Positions 49,599 through 58,744 of a DNA stretch of 64,000 bases are shown here, one piece after another. Position 1 is the first letter of the stretch. Each line of letters starts with the position of its first letter. The notes under the pieces were generated by a model. That model was given only the letters and a program-made list of their open reading frames with translations, searched no databases and had not been told where the DNA came from. Both the position numbers and the translations under genes were made by a program. Origin of the DNA: Candidatus Doudnabacteria bacterium (GTDB lineage: Bacteria > Patescibacteriota > Doudnabacteria > UBA920 > 2-01-FULL-46-14); the NCBI GenBank assembly GCA_041497195.1, contig JBGQGB010000001.1, positions 279,376 to 343,375 of the forward strand, given 5' to 3'.

Positions 49599-49645
49599 AA
49601 GTCGGTTTCTTGAACTTGGGGCCGACTTCGGTCGGCTTTTTTTTA
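49599..49645 (+). promoter_or_regulatory. Putative transcription-attenuator: mutually exclusive hairpins ending in a U-tract terminator immediately upstream of 49668 gene
   Basis: gaagtcgg-N16-ccgacttc (49599-49629) overlaps terminator gccgac-ttcg-gtcggc-TTTTTTTT (49621-49645). Confidence 0.45.
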
Positions 49646-49667
49646 TTAGCTTTAATTTTCCAACAAA

Positions 49668-50303
49668 ATGAACAAAATACTCAATCATAATCTAATTTGG
49701 CCTGCTGTATTCATAGCTGCCTCAATCGCCGCCTCCTTCATCCGCTTCACGCCATTCCTAGTTGGCAAACTCAATTTCACGATGTTTGATCTCTACGCGC
49801 CGATCGCGGGCGGATTATTTGGCTCAACACTCGGGGCACTGACAGTATTTTCCACAGCACTTATGAACCTCATAATCCAACACGCTTACAACCCTGCTGC
49901 GTTCTTGCATCTGATTCCCGTCATCTTCGGTGCCTGGTATTTTGGCACGAACAAAAAATTGATAGCCCTAGTTCCCCTGCTGGCAATCCTGGCTTTTTGG
50001 GTCCATCCCATCGGCCGCGCAGCCTGGTATTACCCCCTGTTGTGGATTATTCCTGTGCTATGTGTGTTCTTCAAAGACCGCTCCGTGATAGCCAATGCTT
50101 TGGGAGCAACCCTCACCTCACACGCGGTGGGCGGGGTTTTATGGTTGTTTTTCTTCTCGCCGCCGCCTGCATTCTGGGTGAGTTTGATCCCGGTAGTGAT
50201 AATAGAGAGACTGATATTCACGGCGGTTTCCGTCATAATGTATGCACTAGTCAAAAAAGGCATTCAAATTCTGAAATTATATAAATTATCAACGATCAAG
50301 TAA
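49668..50303 (+). CDS. Polytopic membrane protein (ECF S-component-like?)
   Basis: 211 aa, 6 TM; upstream of CofE-like gene. Confidence 0.35.
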   Translation: MNKILNHNLIWPAVFIAASIAASFIRFTPFLVGKLNFTMFDLYAPIAGGLFGSTLGALTVFSTALMNLIIQHAYNPAAFLHLIPVIFGAWYFGTNKKLIALVPLLAILAFWVHPIGRAAWYYPLLWIIPVLCVFFKDRSVIANALGATLTSHAVGGVLWLFFFSPPPAFWVSLIPVVIIERLIFTAVSVIMYALVKKGIQILKLYKLSTIK

Positions 50304-50314
50304 GATAAACTCAT

Positions 50315-51076
50315 ATGAAATTCATCAAGGTTAAAACCCGGGTGATGCGGCCGCCGAAAGATGACATCTATCAAGTGATTGATCAGTCTCTCCCAAAGCT
50401 GCGCGAGGGTGATATCTTGGTCATCACTTCCAAAGTCTTGGCCATTCACCAGGGCCGCTGCGTAAAAATCCGAGACGGCTCGGACCAAGAAAAAAACCGC
50501 CTCATCATGACAGAGGCGGAGCGGTTCATTCCGTCGAAAAAAACCGCTTATGGTCACGTCCACCTCACCATCAAAAACCACACATTCATAGCTGATGCCG
50601 GCATAGACAAAAGCAATGGCAACGGGTATTACATCCTGTGGCCGCGGAACTTGCAAAAACTCATCCGGGAAATCAGGCAGTATCTCAAAAAACGATTCAA
50701 ACTCAAAAAATTGGGAGTTATCGTCGTAGACAGCCATCTTATCCCGATGCGGGCAGGCATAGTCGGCATAGCCGTTGGTTTTTACGGGCTACATCCACTC
50801 ATCGACTATCGGGGCCAGCCGGATATTTTCGGCCGTAAACTCGAGGTCACACGCTCGAATATTGTCGATTCTTTGGCAGCAATCAGCGTGCTCCTGATGG
50901 GCGAGGGCAACGAACAAACGCCCATACTCATTATCCGTAGCGCTAATTTCATCCGTTTCACTGACAAAAACACTTATAAACAGCTCATCTTCCCCCTGGC
51001 TGAAGACATCTTTTACCCGATCCTCAAAGCCTATCGGCGCAACAAAAGATTTGACAAAAAAACAAAACTGCAGTAA
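50315..51076 (+). CDS. F420-0:gamma-glutamyl ligase (CofE)-family protein, likely folate/other gamma-glutamyl ligase
   Basis: 253 aa; ILVITSKVLAIHQGR, FIADAGIDKSN, ILWP, VVDSH, LLMGEGNEQTP motifs characteristic of PF01996. Confidence 0.65.
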   Translation: MKFIKVKTRVMRPPKDDIYQVIDQSLPKLREGDILVITSKVLAIHQGRCVKIRDGSDQEKNRLIMTEAERFIPSKKTAYGHVHLTIKNHTFIADAGIDKSNGNGYYILWPRNLQKLIREIRQYLKKRFKLKKLGVIVVDSHLIPMRAGIVGIAVGFYGLHPLIDYRGQPDIFGRKLEVTRSNIVDSLAAISVLLMGEGNEQTPILIIRSANFIRFTDKNTYKQLIFPLAEDIFYPILKAYRRNKRFDKKTKLQ

Positions 51077-51087
51077 AACTTAGGCTT

Positions 51088-53262
51088 ATGAGTAAACTTG
51101 TTATAGTAGAAAGTCCAACCAAAGCTAAAACCATTAGCAAATTTTTGGGCAAGGAGTACAAAGTAGAATCCTCCTACGGTCATATTCGCGATTTACCCAA
51201 AAGCAAGATGGGGATTGATATCAAAAACGATTTTGCGCCGGAATACGTCATCCCGAAAGAAGCGCAAAAACGCGTGACCGCCCTCAAAAAACTGGCCAAG
51301 GCCGCTCCGGAGGTCATCCTCGCCACTGACGAAGACCGCGAAGGCGAAGCGATTGCCTGGCACTTGCGCCAAGCTTTGGATTTGTCAGAACAGAAATCCC
51401 ATAGGATCGTGTTCCACGAGATCACGAAATCCGCCATTGAAGAAGCGCTCAAAAATCCCCGCCAAATTGACGAAAAGTTGGTGGATGCGCAGCAGGCTAG
51501 GCGCATCCTGGACCGGTTGGTCGGCTACGAACTTTCCCCTTTCCTCTGGAAAAAGGTCAAACGCGGCCTCTCGGCTGGCCGCGTGCAATCTGTAGCTTTG
51601 CGTCTTGTCGTTGAGCGGGAAAGAGAAATCGAAAAATTCAAATCCCAGGAATACTGGAGCATCGAGGCCAAACTCAAAAAAGAGGATGATCCGGAAACGC
51701 AGGCCTTTGTGGCAAAACTCTCTCAAATTGACGGCAAGGGTGTGAAAAAATTTGATATTGGCACCGCGACTGAGGCGCAAAAAATCGTAAACGCTTTGGC
51801 AGATGCCGCTTATCGAATCACTGACATCACGGAAAAAGAAGCGCGGCGCTTTCCCGCTGCTCCATTTACGACCTCAACGTTGCAGCAGGAAGCTGGGCGC
51901 AAGCTCGGCTTTTCCGCTAAACAAACCATGATGGTAGCCCAGCAGCTTTATGAAACTGGCTACATTACTTATATGCGCACTGACTCGGTCAATCTCGCCG
52001 AACAAGCTTTGCGGCAAGCGCAAGAAGTCATTGTCAAAAAATTCGGTCGAAACTACGCCCTCGCCTCACCGCGCCGCTACAAAACGAAAAGCAAAGGCGC
52101 CCAGGAAGCGCACGAAGCCATCCGCCCCACTGACCTGGCGCAAGAACCAGAAATTTTGGAAGGCGGCCTTGAACCAAAACAAGCCAGACTCTACGACCTT
52201 ATCTGGAAACGCACACTCGCCAGCCAAATGGCTGAAGCGGTTTTTGATCAAACCGCAGTTGATATCGCTGCCCTGCCTGCCGGCAGGCAGGTGGACGCAA
52301 AATATCTTTTCCGCGCCACTGGCCAAGTCGTCAAATTTGAGGGATTCATAAAAGTCTACACCGAGGGCCGCGATGAAGAAGAAACAGATGAACTGCCAGA
52401 AGGCCAACTGCCCAAACTGGAAAAAAATGAGACTTTGGAAAAATTGACTCTCGACCCCAAACAACATTTTACCGAACCGCCCCCGCGCTACACGGACGCT
52501 ACCTTGGTAAAAACGCTCGAAGAATACGGCATTGGCCGCCCGTCCACCTACGCCCCGACCATCTCGACCATCATCGAACGCGGCTATGTGAACCGGCAGG
52601 AACGAAAATTTTATCCTACTGATATCGGTCTGGTGGTCAATGACATGCTGGTGGAAAATTTCCCGGAAATTGTCGATTACCAGTTCACGGCCCAAATGGA
52701 AAAAGAGCTTGATGATATTGCTGAAGGGCAGCTCAAGTGGCAACCAGTTATCAAAAAATTCTACACCCCTTTCAAATCACATCTCGAAGAAAAACAAGAG
52801 ACAGTTGAGAAACATGTGGAAATGACTGACATCCCCTGCCCCATCTGCGGCAAACCCATGGTCAAAAAATTTGGCCGGTTCGGCGCTTTCCTAGCCTGCT
52901 CTGATTACCCGAATTGCAAAGGCACCAAACCGTTGCCGGCTGACGAAGCGATCCAGAAAAAACTCGAAGCAGAAAATGCTGGCAAAACTTGCCCGGAGTG
53001 TGGGCAGGGCCAGCTGGTGGTCAAACGCGGCAAATTCGGCTATTTCCTCGGCTGCAACCGATATCCCGAATGCAAATACATCGGCAAGATCGAAAAAAAG
53101 ACTGGCGTGACTTGTCCGAAATGCAATCAGGGCGAGATCGTGGAAAAACGGACCCGCAAGGCGCGCACATTCTGGGGTTGCAACCGATATCCCGAATGCG
53201 ATTACGCAACCTGGAAATACCCGGTAGCTGAGAATAAAGAAATAAAAACGGAAGAGAAATAA
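51088..53262 (+). CDS. topA: DNA topoisomerase I with C-terminal zinc ribbons
   Basis: 724 aa; TOPRIM LVIVESPTKAKTI, catalytic-Tyr region GYITYMRTDS, three C4 zinc ribbons. Confidence 0.9.
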   Translation: MSKLVIVESPTKAKTISKFLGKEYKVESSYGHIRDLPKSKMGIDIKNDFAPEYVIPKEAQKRVTALKKLAKAAPEVILATDEDREGEAIAWHLRQALDLSEQKSHRIVFHEITKSAIEEALKNPRQIDEKLVDAQQARRILDRLVGYELSPFLWKKVKRGLSAGRVQSVALRLVVEREREIEKFKSQEYWSIEAKLKKEDDPETQAFVAKLSQIDGKGVKKFDIGTATEAQKIVNALADAAYRITDITEKEARRFPAAPFTTSTLQQEAGRKLGFSAKQTMMVAQQLYETGYITYMRTDSVNLAEQALRQAQEVIVKKFGRNYALASPRRYKTKSKGAQEAHEAIRPTDLAQEPEILEGGLEPKQARLYDLIWKRTLASQMAEAVFDQTAVDIAALPAGRQVDAKYLFRATGQVVKFEGFIKVYTEGRDEEETDELPEGQLPKLEKNETLEKLTLDPKQHFTEPPPRYTDATLVKTLEEYGIGRPSTYAPTISTIIERGYVNRQERKFYPTDIGLVVNDMLVENFPEIVDYQFTAQMEKELDDIAEGQLKWQPVIKKFYTPFKSHLEEKQETVEKHVEMTDIPCPICGKPMVKKFGRFGAFLACSDYPNCKGTKPLPADEAIQKKLEAENAGKTCPECGQGQLVVKRGKFGYFLGCNRYPECKYIGKIEKKTGVTCPKCNQGEIVEKRTRKARTFWGCNRYPECDYATWKYPVAENKEIKTEEK

Positions 53263-53303
53263 AAAATTGGGGTGGCGAGGCCAGAGGCTTCGCCACCCGT
53301 TTG

Positions 53304-54683
53304 TCACTGAATTTGTGTGAGTTGTTCGACCGGATAGGCCGTCGGACAAATTCCAGTAAAACAACTGGTACAAAATTCTTGGGGTTTACTTGCTAGGGCT
53401 TTCAACATTCCTTGGAGACTGAGGTAACCTAAGGTGTTAGCCTGGATATATTTCCGCACCGCCTCCGGCGTCGGCTTACTGTAGGCAATCAGCTCCTCGC
53501 TCGTGGGGGTATCAATCCCCCAAAAGCAAGGACTGATGATCGGCGGAGAGCTGACTCGGAAGTGAACCTCGGTGGCTCCAAACTGCCGAACTAGTCGGAC
53601 GATTTGCCGGCTGGTCGCCCCCCGGACAATCGAATCGTCAACCAAGACTACTCGCTTACCTTTGATTGCGTAACGCAACGGATTGAGTTTCAACCGAATG
53701 GTTTCGTCTCGCTCAGCGTCGTCAGGATTAATGAAGGTCCTGCCGACGTAATGGTTACGCACCAGACCTTGCGGAACGAAGCGAATTCCCAACTGTTGAG
53801 CATACCCGTCTGCTGCCGGAACTCCTCCGTCGGGAACCGGTATGACCACATCTGCGCTCGCGGGTTGCTCCCGGGCGAGCTCGCGACCAAGCTGCTCCCG
53901 AGACTCGTAAACCTGACGACCAAAAACCAAACTATCTGGTCTGGAAAAATATACGTGCTCGAAAATACAACGCGCCAGGTGTGGGGCTTTGGCCAAATAC
54001 TTGGATTGGGGAACGCCTGGACCAATTTCCAAAATTTCTCCTGGTTCCAGTTCCCGAACCCGTTCTGCGCCAATCAGGTCGAGCGCGCAGTCTTCGGAAG
54101 ACAGCACGTACGAGCCTTCATACCGCCCCAGCCACAATGGTCGGAAATGGTAGGGATCACAAACCCCGTAGATTGAATCTCCGTGCATGATGACTAGAGC
54201 AAATGCACCCTCCACCGTGGTCAGCGCATAGTAAAGTGCTTCCGAAAAACTCGAGCAGCCAGAGTGGGCAATTAGCTGGAGTATAACTTCGGAGTCACTC
54301 TCGGTTACAAAGGCAGCTCCTTTTTCTCGCTCCAATTTTTGCCGCAGAAATCCGGCATTAGTCAAGTTTCCGTTGTGGGCAAGTGAGACTTCGCCGTAGA
54401 CTGTATGTGTAGTCAAAGGCTGAGCGTTTTTTTTGCAACTGCTTCCGGCAGTAGAATAGCGCGTGTGGCAGATGCAAAACATGCCATCAAGTCCGTGCAG
54501 CACCTCAGTGGTAAAAACGTCGGCCACAAGACCGGTACCTTTAATTTCACAAAAACCCTTGCCCGCTCCGAAGCCAAAGGTTTGACCAGCGCTTTCCTGG
54601 CCTCTGTGTTGAAGACCAAATAACAACCGTTCGCCGAGTCGCGCAGCACGCGGATGATTGTGCACCCCTGCAATTCCGCACAT
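53304..54683 (-). CDS. purF: Amidophosphoribosyltransferase (Fe-S type)
   Basis: Start at MCGIAGV (N-terminal nucleophile Cys); PRTase motif VVLVDDSIVRGAT; C-terminal Cys cluster; ORF-track N-terminal extension rejected. Confidence 0.9.
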   Translation of the reverse strand: MCGIAGVHNHPRAARLGERLLFGLQHRGQESAGQTFGFGAGKGFCEIKGTGLVADVFTTEVLHGLDGMFCICHTRYSTAGSSCKKNAQPLTTHTVYGEVSLAHNGNLTNAGFLRQKLEREKGAAFVTESDSEVILQLIAHSGCSSFSEALYYALTTVEGAFALVIMHGDSIYGVCDPYHFRPLWLGRYEGSYVLSSEDCALDLIGAERVRELEPGEILEIGPGVPQSKYLAKAPHLARCIFEHVYFSRPDSLVFGRQVYESREQLGRELAREQPASADVVIPVPDGGVPAADGYAQQLGIRFVPQGLVRNHYVGRTFINPDDAERDETIRLKLNPLRYAIKGKRVVLVDDSIVRGATSRQIVRLVRQFGATEVHFRVSSPPIISPCFWGIDTPTSEELIAYSKPTPEAVRKYIQANTLGYLSLQGMLKALASKPQEFCTSCFTGICPTAYPVEQLTQIQ

Positions 54684-55026
54684 TTTTATATTATCCCCCT
54701 TTGAGTTGTCAAGCATTTCATTATAACAGATATAAAAAGAAGGGCGAGAACTACAGTAGTTCCCGCCCAGACACAACACACCAGATATCCGTTAATACCA
54801 AGGGATGACTGCCGCCTCTCCGGGAGAAGGTCAATTGGGTAAAGGGTAAATATCCTGGCTTTTCCACCTTTCGCCGCAGCAGCAAACATATATTCCGCTG
54901 CCGCAGTCTCGGACGGGATGTGTGTCAATCCCGACCTTATGGACAAGCAGATGGCCCCGGCCGCAAGGATTGTTCAGGACAAAAACCTCTGGATGTCTAG
55001 TTGGCCGCAACTCTGGATTCACGGTT

Positions 55027-55266
55027 TCACCTCCTCTCAGGCGAGTCGGGCATCCCGGCCGTGGGTACAAAATAGATACTTCTCTCACGGCGCACGGGAG
55101 GCGCGGCGCCCAGTCTGGGTTTGTCGGCAGGGTTGACCGGGTCGGAAACACGGGACTTCTGTGGTAGTTCAAACTCTACAGGCTCGAATTCTACTCCGGG
55201 CCAAAGTGGACTGACCTCACGCACTCGTGAATTCGGTCCTTTCGGCTGGTAAAATCCTCCGCACAT
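55027..55266 (-). CDS. Hypothetical small ORF with strong SD in GC-rich segment (uncertain)
   Basis: AAGGAGG-N7-ATG; 79 aa MCGGFYQPKG...; its TGA overlaps SD (GAGGAGGTGA) and GTG start of an in-line 64-aa Cys-rich ORF (54831-55022); segment also has ORFs in all three frames, so could equally be noncoding/pseudogenic. Confidence 0.25.
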   Translation of the reverse strand: MCGGFYQPKGPNSRVREVSPLWPGVEFEPVEFELPQKSRVSDPVNPADKPRLGAAPPVRRERSIYFVPTAGMPDSPERR

Positions 55267-55358
55267 ATAGAATCCTCCTTAAGGATTTTTTAGGTTCAAT
55301 CCGGAATCAACTCTTGCTGTCAATTCCAGAACAAAACCCAAAAACGCTTACATAAAAA

Positions 55359-55395
55359 AACCTGACCCTTGCGGGCCAGGTTTTCGTTTTTGATT
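55359..55395. terminator. Bidirectional hairpin terminator
   Basis: aaaaaaacctgacccttgcgggccaggttttcgttttt. Confidence 0.5.
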
Positions 55396-55626
55396 TTTGC
55401 TAATAGGCTATCCCCTTAGGCAAAACAAAATTCACCTGAACCCGTGTCAGAGTCTCGGAAATAGAACCAAAAAGAATTGTTCAGATGTATGTTCATGATA
55501 AAAGGATTATATAAGCACTTTATAAATATGTCAAGAAAACCCGGGCTTTTATTATCGGCTCAAGTCTGATATCCTTTTAAATCAGGGTTTTTCCAGCGAA
55601 GCACGCCTCAAACTGCGACCCAAGCC

Positions 55627-56014
55627 ATGAGAGAGGAGATAACGGCTATCTCTCAAAAACTCCAACGCCTTCTTAACGCATATCTTGACCAAGATATTGA
55701 GCAAGAAAACTACCGCTCCGAGAAGGCAGAGCTTCTCTCCCGTAAGAAGTCGTTGGAGGAGAAAATCGCCAATCTCAAGAGAGGCTCTATCGCTTGGCTC
55801 GAACCAATGCGAGAGTGGATAAAAGATGCCTCATTGCTTACCGAAACGGCAACCAATGACGACCTAAGTCATAAAAAGGTATCCCTCCAAAAAATCTTCG
55901 GCTCGAACCTCTTTCTTAAAAACCGTCTTATTGAATTTATCCCCACGCCACCTTACGCCGCGCTCCGCGCGGCACGCAAAAATTTCTCTGAAAATGAGTT
56001 AAGTTCTTTGTTTG
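55627..56014 (+). pseudogene. C-terminal remnant of a large serine recombinase-like gene abutting tRNA-Lys
   Basis: Heptad coiled-coil sequence ISQKLQRLLNAYLDQDIEQENYRSEKAELLSRKKSLEEKIANLK... resembling the C-terminal coiled coil/tail of large serine recombinases; no catalytic N-terminal domain; no SD; ORF reads antisense through the tRNA. Confidence 0.35.
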
Positions 56015-56087
56015 TGGGTCGGGTGGGAATCGAACCCACGACCGTTGGCTTAAAAGGCCACTGCTCTACCGACTGAGCTACCGACCC
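56015..56087 (-). tRNA. tRNA-Lys (anticodon UUU)
   Basis: Acceptor GGGTCGG/CCGACCC, D-arm GCTC-AGTCGGTA-GAGC, anticodon loop CTTTTAA, T-arm GTGGG-TTCGATT-CCCAC. Confidence 0.8.
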
Positions 56088-56243
56088 ACGCGTGATTTAC
56101 GAGCTGCGATTTGTAAAAACCGCTTTAGCAGTTTTCTTCAATCTCTACTCGAATCCCGCTTTCCCCAAAAAATCTTTTACTTTTCGGGGACCCAATAAAC
56201 ACCTGCTTATTATAAAGGGCTTGCTTAAAAACTTCAATCCTTG

Positions 56244-56780
56244 CTATCCCACTTCCTGATTCGCCTTGCGCCCCAGTATCAAAAGCAACGCCACTGGCGC
56301 CAACGCCCAATAAAATAGAGCATTAGCGCCGGCAAAGAGTTGGTTGGTAACGACAGCAAAATGTCTAGTGACTTGGTGCGGTAGGAAGGAAACAATCACT
56401 GCTGTCAAAAAACCGCTTTGCGACAGGGCCAAAAAAATCGAAGGGATAATCCCAAAAGTCTCTGACCCCACTGGGGATTGAAAAATTACTCGCGATAGCA
56501 CCCAAAAAATCAGCACAAACAGAATGCTGAAAACCAGCAGCTTGAACGTATAGATTTCCTGAAACCCAAATCGTTGGGCCAAAGCCAGGGAAAGAAACGG
56601 GGCATATTGTACCAAAACCCAAGCCATGTAGGTCCCTACCAGCATGGGAATGAGCTTGCCCCGAGTCACGAACAGCAGGGTATAGACAATGGTAGCAATC
56701 AACAGAAACAACAAAATCAGCAGGTCTCCTGAGCCTAGTCCCAAATACAGGAAATTTCCCACGCCATCCAAAATTTTCAT
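56244..56780 (-). CDS. CvpA-like membrane protein
   Basis: 178 aa, 4-5 TM; N-terminal ILDGVGNFLYLGL...LLFVTRG resembles CvpA family start. Confidence 0.35.
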   Translation of the reverse strand: MKILDGVGNFLYLGLGSGDLLILLFLLIATIVYTLLFVTRGKLIPMLVGTYMAWVLVQYAPFLSLALAQRFGFQEIYTFKLLVFSILFVLIFWVLSRVIFQSPVGSETFGIIPSIFLALSQSGFLTAVIVSFLPHQVTRHFAVVTNQLFAGANALFYWALAPVALLLILGRKANQEVG

Positions 56781-56802
56781 GAAATTTCAGCTACTGCGGC
56801 GA

Positions 56803-57966
56803 TTATAAATTGTCTTTGACTCGTTTCCAAAAGCTTTGCTCGATTTGCACACTCTCCCCCCCCTCTTCCGCAAGTTTCTGCAAAAGCTCTTTTTCTTTGC
56901 GGGTCAGCTTGGTGGGTGTGACCACGCGCACGGTCACCAGATGATCGCCGCGTTTGTTGCTCTCAAGATACGGCACACCTTTGTCCTTTAAGCGTAAGAT
57001 TTTGCCGGTCTGGGTTCCAGGGGGAATTTTCAAATCAACCTGACCGTCGACAGTATTCACTTCGACTTTGCCGCCCAACGCGGCCTGATAAAAACTGACG
57101 GGGATGTCCGAGCGAATATCAAAACCTTCTCTGCTAAACTCGGGATGCGACCGGACTTTTATCAAAAGATACAGATCGCCGGGCTTACTGCCTCGATACC
57201 CGGCTTCGCCTTCGCCCGTGAGCTTGATGCGCTGATCGTCGTCGATGCCGGGAGGGATGACGACATCCACTTGCTTGTTCATTCTTTTGACGCCCCGCCC
57301 GTGACAATTGCTGCATGTTCGTTCCGGCATCTTGCCAGTTCCTTCGCACTGATCGCAGACCCGGGCTTGCTGAAAACTGCCCAAAACCGTACGCCTATGT
57401 TCTATGATTTGCCCGCTGCCGTGGCACTTCGGGCAAGTAATAATCTTGCTGCCGACTTCTGCCCCGCTGCCGTTGCAGACCGGACAAGTGTCCAGCTTTT
57501 CCAGAGTTAACTGTTTTTCCGCGCCAAACACGCTGTCCAAAAAATCAATAGTGAGCGTCATTTCCAAATCTATGCCTTGGCGGCGGCGGGGTTGCCGGGG
57601 GGTGCCGAAAATATCCGAAAAAATGTCCCCGAAATCAAATTCTATGTTCGAAAAAGGCCCACGCGAATAATTCTGGCCGGGACCGCGCATAAAATCAGAA
57701 AAATCGTTGAACCCGCTGAAACCGCCGAACCCGGGCTGGCCTTGGGCGCGGGCCTGTTCAAAAGTCTGACCGTACTGATCATACTGGCCGCGCTTGGTAT
57801 CGTCGGAGAGAACTTCGTAAGCTTCATTGATTTCTTTGAATTTCTCCGCCTCGCCGCCGCCTTTGTCCGGATGATGCTGCTGCGCCAAACGGCGATACGC
57901 CCTTCTGATTTCGTCTTTGGACGCGCTCTTGCCGACTCCTAAAACATCGTAATAATTTTGGGCCAT
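56803..57966 (-). CDS. dnaJ: Chaperone DnaJ
   Basis: 387 aa; J-domain with HPD, G/F region, four CxxCxGxG zinc repeats. Confidence 0.95.
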   Translation of the reverse strand: MAQNYYDVLGVGKSASKDEIRRAYRRLAQQHHPDKGGGEAEKFKEINEAYEVLSDDTKRGQYDQYGQTFEQARAQGQPGFGGFSGFNDFSDFMRGPGQNYSRGPFSNIEFDFGDIFSDIFGTPRQPRRRQGIDLEMTLTIDFLDSVFGAEKQLTLEKLDTCPVCNGSGAEVGSKIITCPKCHGSGQIIEHRRTVLGSFQQARVCDQCEGTGKMPERTCSNCHGRGVKRMNKQVDVVIPPGIDDDQRIKLTGEGEAGYRGSKPGDLYLLIKVRSHPEFSREGFDIRSDIPVSFYQAALGGKVEVNTVDGQVDLKIPPGTQTGKILRLKDKGVPYLESNKRGDHLVTVRVVTPTKLTRKEKELLQKLAEEGGESVQIEQSFWKRVKDNL

Positions 57967-57994
57967 ACTATTTATCCTGACTTCTCAGGAGCGG

Positions 57995-58744
57995 TCAACT
58001 TTGCACCTGTTGTTTAATCAAATTTTTCTCCAAATCGCAAAAATCCGTGATCACATCCGGAGGGCGCTGGTGCTTGACGTCACCCAGCTCGACGAACTCG
58101 TTCATAAGGCAGCCGGTTTGGATATTATGCTGCAATCCTAATTGATGGCCAAATTCGTGTAGAGAAGTGGACTCTTCATAACTAGACAAAAGATTTGAAT
58201 TTTCGTCAGTCAAATCCCGCAAGGCGTCGCCGAACAAAACAATTCCATACTCCTGATAAGTCAGCCCCAACAAACTGGGATGATCTTTGTCACGGCTCAA
58301 ATACATCAGATAAACTACGGCAGTATCCCCTGAGGTAAAAAAAGTTTGGTACTGCCTCGGGATGGCTTGAATCTGCTCATCAGTCAGAGTCCGCTCATAA
58401 GAAATATCGCGATCAGAGATAATATACGACGTCGGTTTTCCGGTGACTTCCTGGATATGTTTGGCGAGATTATCCAATGCGTCCAGACGAGTGTCCAGAG
58501 CGGTCATTAGGTCAACCTCAATCAAAATTTTCTTGTAATGCCGGCCGAGATAATCTGTCTGGCCGTCACCGTCATAATGGAGACTCAAAATCTGCCGCAG
58601 CGGCTGATATTTATCAAACCAGGCCCGCAAATGCTGGTTGAAATAATCAGTTTGCGGGCCGCGGGCTTCATTTTTGAGCCAAACAAATCCGAACGACAGA
58701 ACGATCACCGACAACAAAAAGACAATTACTAGCGTCCTTTTCAT
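57995..58744 (-). CDS. Membrane-anchored metzincin-type zinc metalloprotease
   Basis: 249 aa; N-terminal TM; [12 protein letters not shown] = HExxHxxGxxH metzincin motif; between dnaK and dnaJ, 4-nt overlap with dnaK. Confidence 0.6.
   Translation of the reverse strand: MKRTLVIVFLLSVIVLSFGFVWLKNEARGPQTDYFNQHLRAWFDKYQPLRQILSLHYDGDGQTDYLGRHYKKILIEVDLMTALDTRLDALDNLAKHIQEVTGKPTSYIISDRDISYERTLTDEQIQAIPRQYQTFFTSGDTAVVYLMYLSRDKDHPSLLGLTYQEYGIVLFGDALRDLTDENSNLLSSYEESTSLHEFGHQLGLQHNIQTGCLMNEFVELGDVKHQRPPDVITDFCDLEKNLIKQQVQS

Noticed and set aside
54686-55300. tmRNA (ssrA) hypothesis for the GC-rich segment
   Set aside because: No 5' GGGG acceptor start, no tRNA-like T-arm (GGTTCGAnTCC with 5-bp stem), and no CCA-ending acceptor on either strand.
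56015-56076. C-terminal 20 codons of ORF 55627..56076 (VGRVGIEPTTVGLKGHCSTD)
   Set aside because: These codons are the antisense translation of tRNA-Lys; the protein-like part of that ORF ends before 56014.
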